Positions 50,763 to 51,889 of a DNA stretch of 51,889 bases are shown piece after piece. The notes below the pieces were generated by a model. It searched no databases. It had not been told where the DNA came from and saw only the letters and a program-made list of their open reading frames with translations. This DNA comes from an uncultured Candidatus Saccharibacteria bacterium. GTDB lineage: Bacteria; Patescibacteriota; Minisyncoccia; Portnoybacterales; UBA2143. Location of the stretch: assembly GCA_964403725.1 (NCBI GenBank), contig CAYOHI010000001.1, positions 46,091 to 97,979 on the forward strand. The letters are read 5' to 3'. The position numbers were made by a program, and so were the translations under genes. Position 1 is the first letter of the stretch. Each line of letters starts with the position of its first letter.

Positions 50763-51733
50763 TGTTGACGACTTTCTAAATCGTTTTGCATCTCATTTAA
50801 AAGTTGGGCAAATTGTTCAGCAGTTTCTTTGAATTTTTCTACAACTAGCAAGCCCTTGAGAGGATCATCTGTATACGTTGGCAAATGCTGATAAATCTTA
50901 TGGTAATTCCAATAAACTGTTAAAAATTTCCTATGGACATCTAGCCAATCCAAGGGTACCGGTACATTCAACATCATCTTGTAAGCTTGGAGGTATGAAT
51001 TGGTTAGGCAATAACTCATTGAAAAATCACTGTATTGAATGCTGTCATTTATGATTTCAGCGTCATTCTTATGATTATTAGGATCCTGACATGATTCAAT
51101 CTCGCTTAACTTATCACTTACTTCTTTGCTGTAGTTCTTAATAGTAGTCAGATTATTCTCTGGTGTTAATTGGAATTCATGTTGTTCCTTTTCAAAAGCT
51201 GGAACGAATTCATAGATAAAATTGGTAGATGCTTTTTGTAAGGCATCAACAACTTTTTCATCCATAGCTTCAGTTAAAGATTCTTCAAATGAATCAATAT
51301 CATTGCCGGTAACTGAAATTGACTCGAATTTCATCTGATTAGCTAGAATGTATGTCAGGGTCTGAGTTAGGTTTCCTGGCTGAGGTCTGATTGGCTGATT
51401 AAGAACAGTTCCGTCATCAAGTCTGTCATCAGGAGAAGGAATAGTTGGGCTGTATCCGGCGGCCACCTCTTCCCCATCAAGATATCCATCGCCATCAGTA
51501 TCAGGATTATTAGGATCAGTTCCTTGGATACTCTCTTCCCAACCACTTAGACCATCATAGTCTAGATCATCAATGATTTTCTTATCTTGTATTTGTTGAG
51601 CTATTTGTTCTAGTAAATTGGCTTTACTGATTCTGCTTTGAAGAATCAGATAGGTGCCAATAATCGTGCTGCTTACCAAAACCAAAACGGCCACAACAAT
51701 AACTATTTTTTTGGAGGATTTTTGTGGTTTCAT
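50759..51733 (-). CDS. membrane-anchored protein with thrombospondin type-3-like calcium-binding repeats
   Basis: 324 aa with TM helix IVIVVAVLVLVSSTIIGTYLIL and DYDGLSGWEESIQGTDPNNPDTDGDGYLDGEE (TSP3-type D-x-D-x-D-G repeats). First gene of the operon. Confidence 0.6.
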   Translation of the reverse strand: MKPQKSSKKIVIVVAVLVLVSSTIIGTYLILQSRISKANLLEQIAQQIQDKKIIDDLDYDGLSGWEESIQGTDPNNPDTDGDGYLDGEEVAAGYSPTIPSPDDRLDDGTVLNQPIRPQPGNLTQTLTYILANQMKFESISVTGNDIDSFEESLTEAMDEKVVDALQKASTNFIYEFVPAFEKEQHEFQLTPENNLTTIKNYSKEVSDKLSEIESCQDPNNHKNDAEIINDSIQYSDFSMSYCLTNSYLQAYKMMLNVPVPLDWLDVHRKFLTVYWNYHKIYQHLPTYTDDPLKGLLVVEKFKETAEQFAQLLNEMQNDLESRQQ

Positions 51734-51753
51734 TTGTATTAATATTACTAATT

Positions 51754-51782
51754 ATTATACATCAATTTCAAATATTTCTCAA
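51754..51782 (-). promoter_or_regulatory. sigma70-like promoter of the T4SS-like operon
   Basis: On the minus strand: TTGAGA (51782-51777), 17-nt spacer, TATAAT (51759-51754), 20 nt upstream of ATG 51733. Confidence 0.55.
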
Positions 51783-51841
51783 ACACCTTTTCCACAGAAT
51801 TTTGGCTTTAAGCCATAGGTTAAGGGGAAGTAGCTAAACTA

Positions 51842-51871
51842 TTGACAGAATGGATATTTATGTGGTATAAT
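51842..51871 (+). promoter_or_regulatory. consensus promoter firing out of the window (divergent from the T4SS-like operon)
   Basis: TTGACA (51842-51847), 18-nt spacer, TGgTATAAT (TATAAT 51866-51871). Confidence 0.5.
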
Positions 51872-51889
51872 TAGAACATCAAGAAGCTT

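Noticed and set aside
1-51889. An alternative genetic code (UGA as Gly or Trp), as in some candidate phyla.
   Set aside because: Conserved genes end at TGA exactly where expected (smpB, infC, tyrS), and no conserved protein is interrupted by in-frame TGA.
1-51889. CRISPR arrays, rRNA genes, transposases, integrases, phage genes and reverse transcriptases (DGR).
   Set aside because: On both strands I found no regularly spaced short repeats, no rRNA-like sequence and no ORF with recombinase, transposase or RT motifs. The only long repeat is the pilin-module pair.

Overview
This is a 51.9-kb, visibly AT-rich, tightly packed bacterial chromosome segment read in the standard genetic code (TGA is used as a stop). 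All calls come from motif recognition by eye in the supplied translations and from my own reading of the DNA; no database search was run. The gene set suggests a small-genome Patescibacteria/CPR-like organism, but that is inference. It rests on a stand-alone Pol I 5'-3' exonuclease, a shortened YebC, a two-helix T4SS-type pilin and many secreted Cys-rich proteins.

The housekeeping content is as follows:
- Translation and RNA genes: ileS (partial), argS, smpB with an overlapping tmRNA, infC-rpmI-rplT, tRNA-His and tyrS.
- Replication and repair genes: holA, a 5'-3' exonuclease, tsaE, ruvB, yebC-ruvC and a class A PBP.
- The canonical origin neighbourhood: dnaN and dnaA on the minus strand, diverging from rpmH-rnpA-yidC-jag on the plus strand.

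The accessory content is as follows:
- A two-component locus with a PAS histidine kinase, two receiver-only regulators, two paralogous 200-aa proteins and a kinase-less membrane protein.
- An orphan PilB/GspE ATPase.
- A RelE/RHH toxin-antitoxin pair.
- An LTD-PKD-LTD surface protein.
- A 7TM protein followed by three consecutive ATP-grasp ligases.
- A Wzx flippase followed by two Wzy_C-type genes.
- A 12-gene minus-strand operon (40.2-51.8 kb) encoding a T4SS-like apparatus. Only a split VirB4, a PrgI/VirB3-like protein, a VirB6-like protein and a pilin are recognisable; seven envelope proteins are unassigned.

The most striking observation is a 314-bp direct repeat, about 94% identical with a 119-nt perfect core. 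It places the same pilin signal-peptide/two-helix module in front of two unrelated Cys-rich C-termini, 14.1 kb apart, on either side of dnaA/oriC. One of those C-termini resembles a LAS/M15 zinc peptidase.

Other points worth a second look are an apparent +1 frame break in infC, a 140-bp inverted-repeat-bounded element downstream of the PilB gene, poly-cysteine C-terminal tails, and two GC-rich orphan ORFs.
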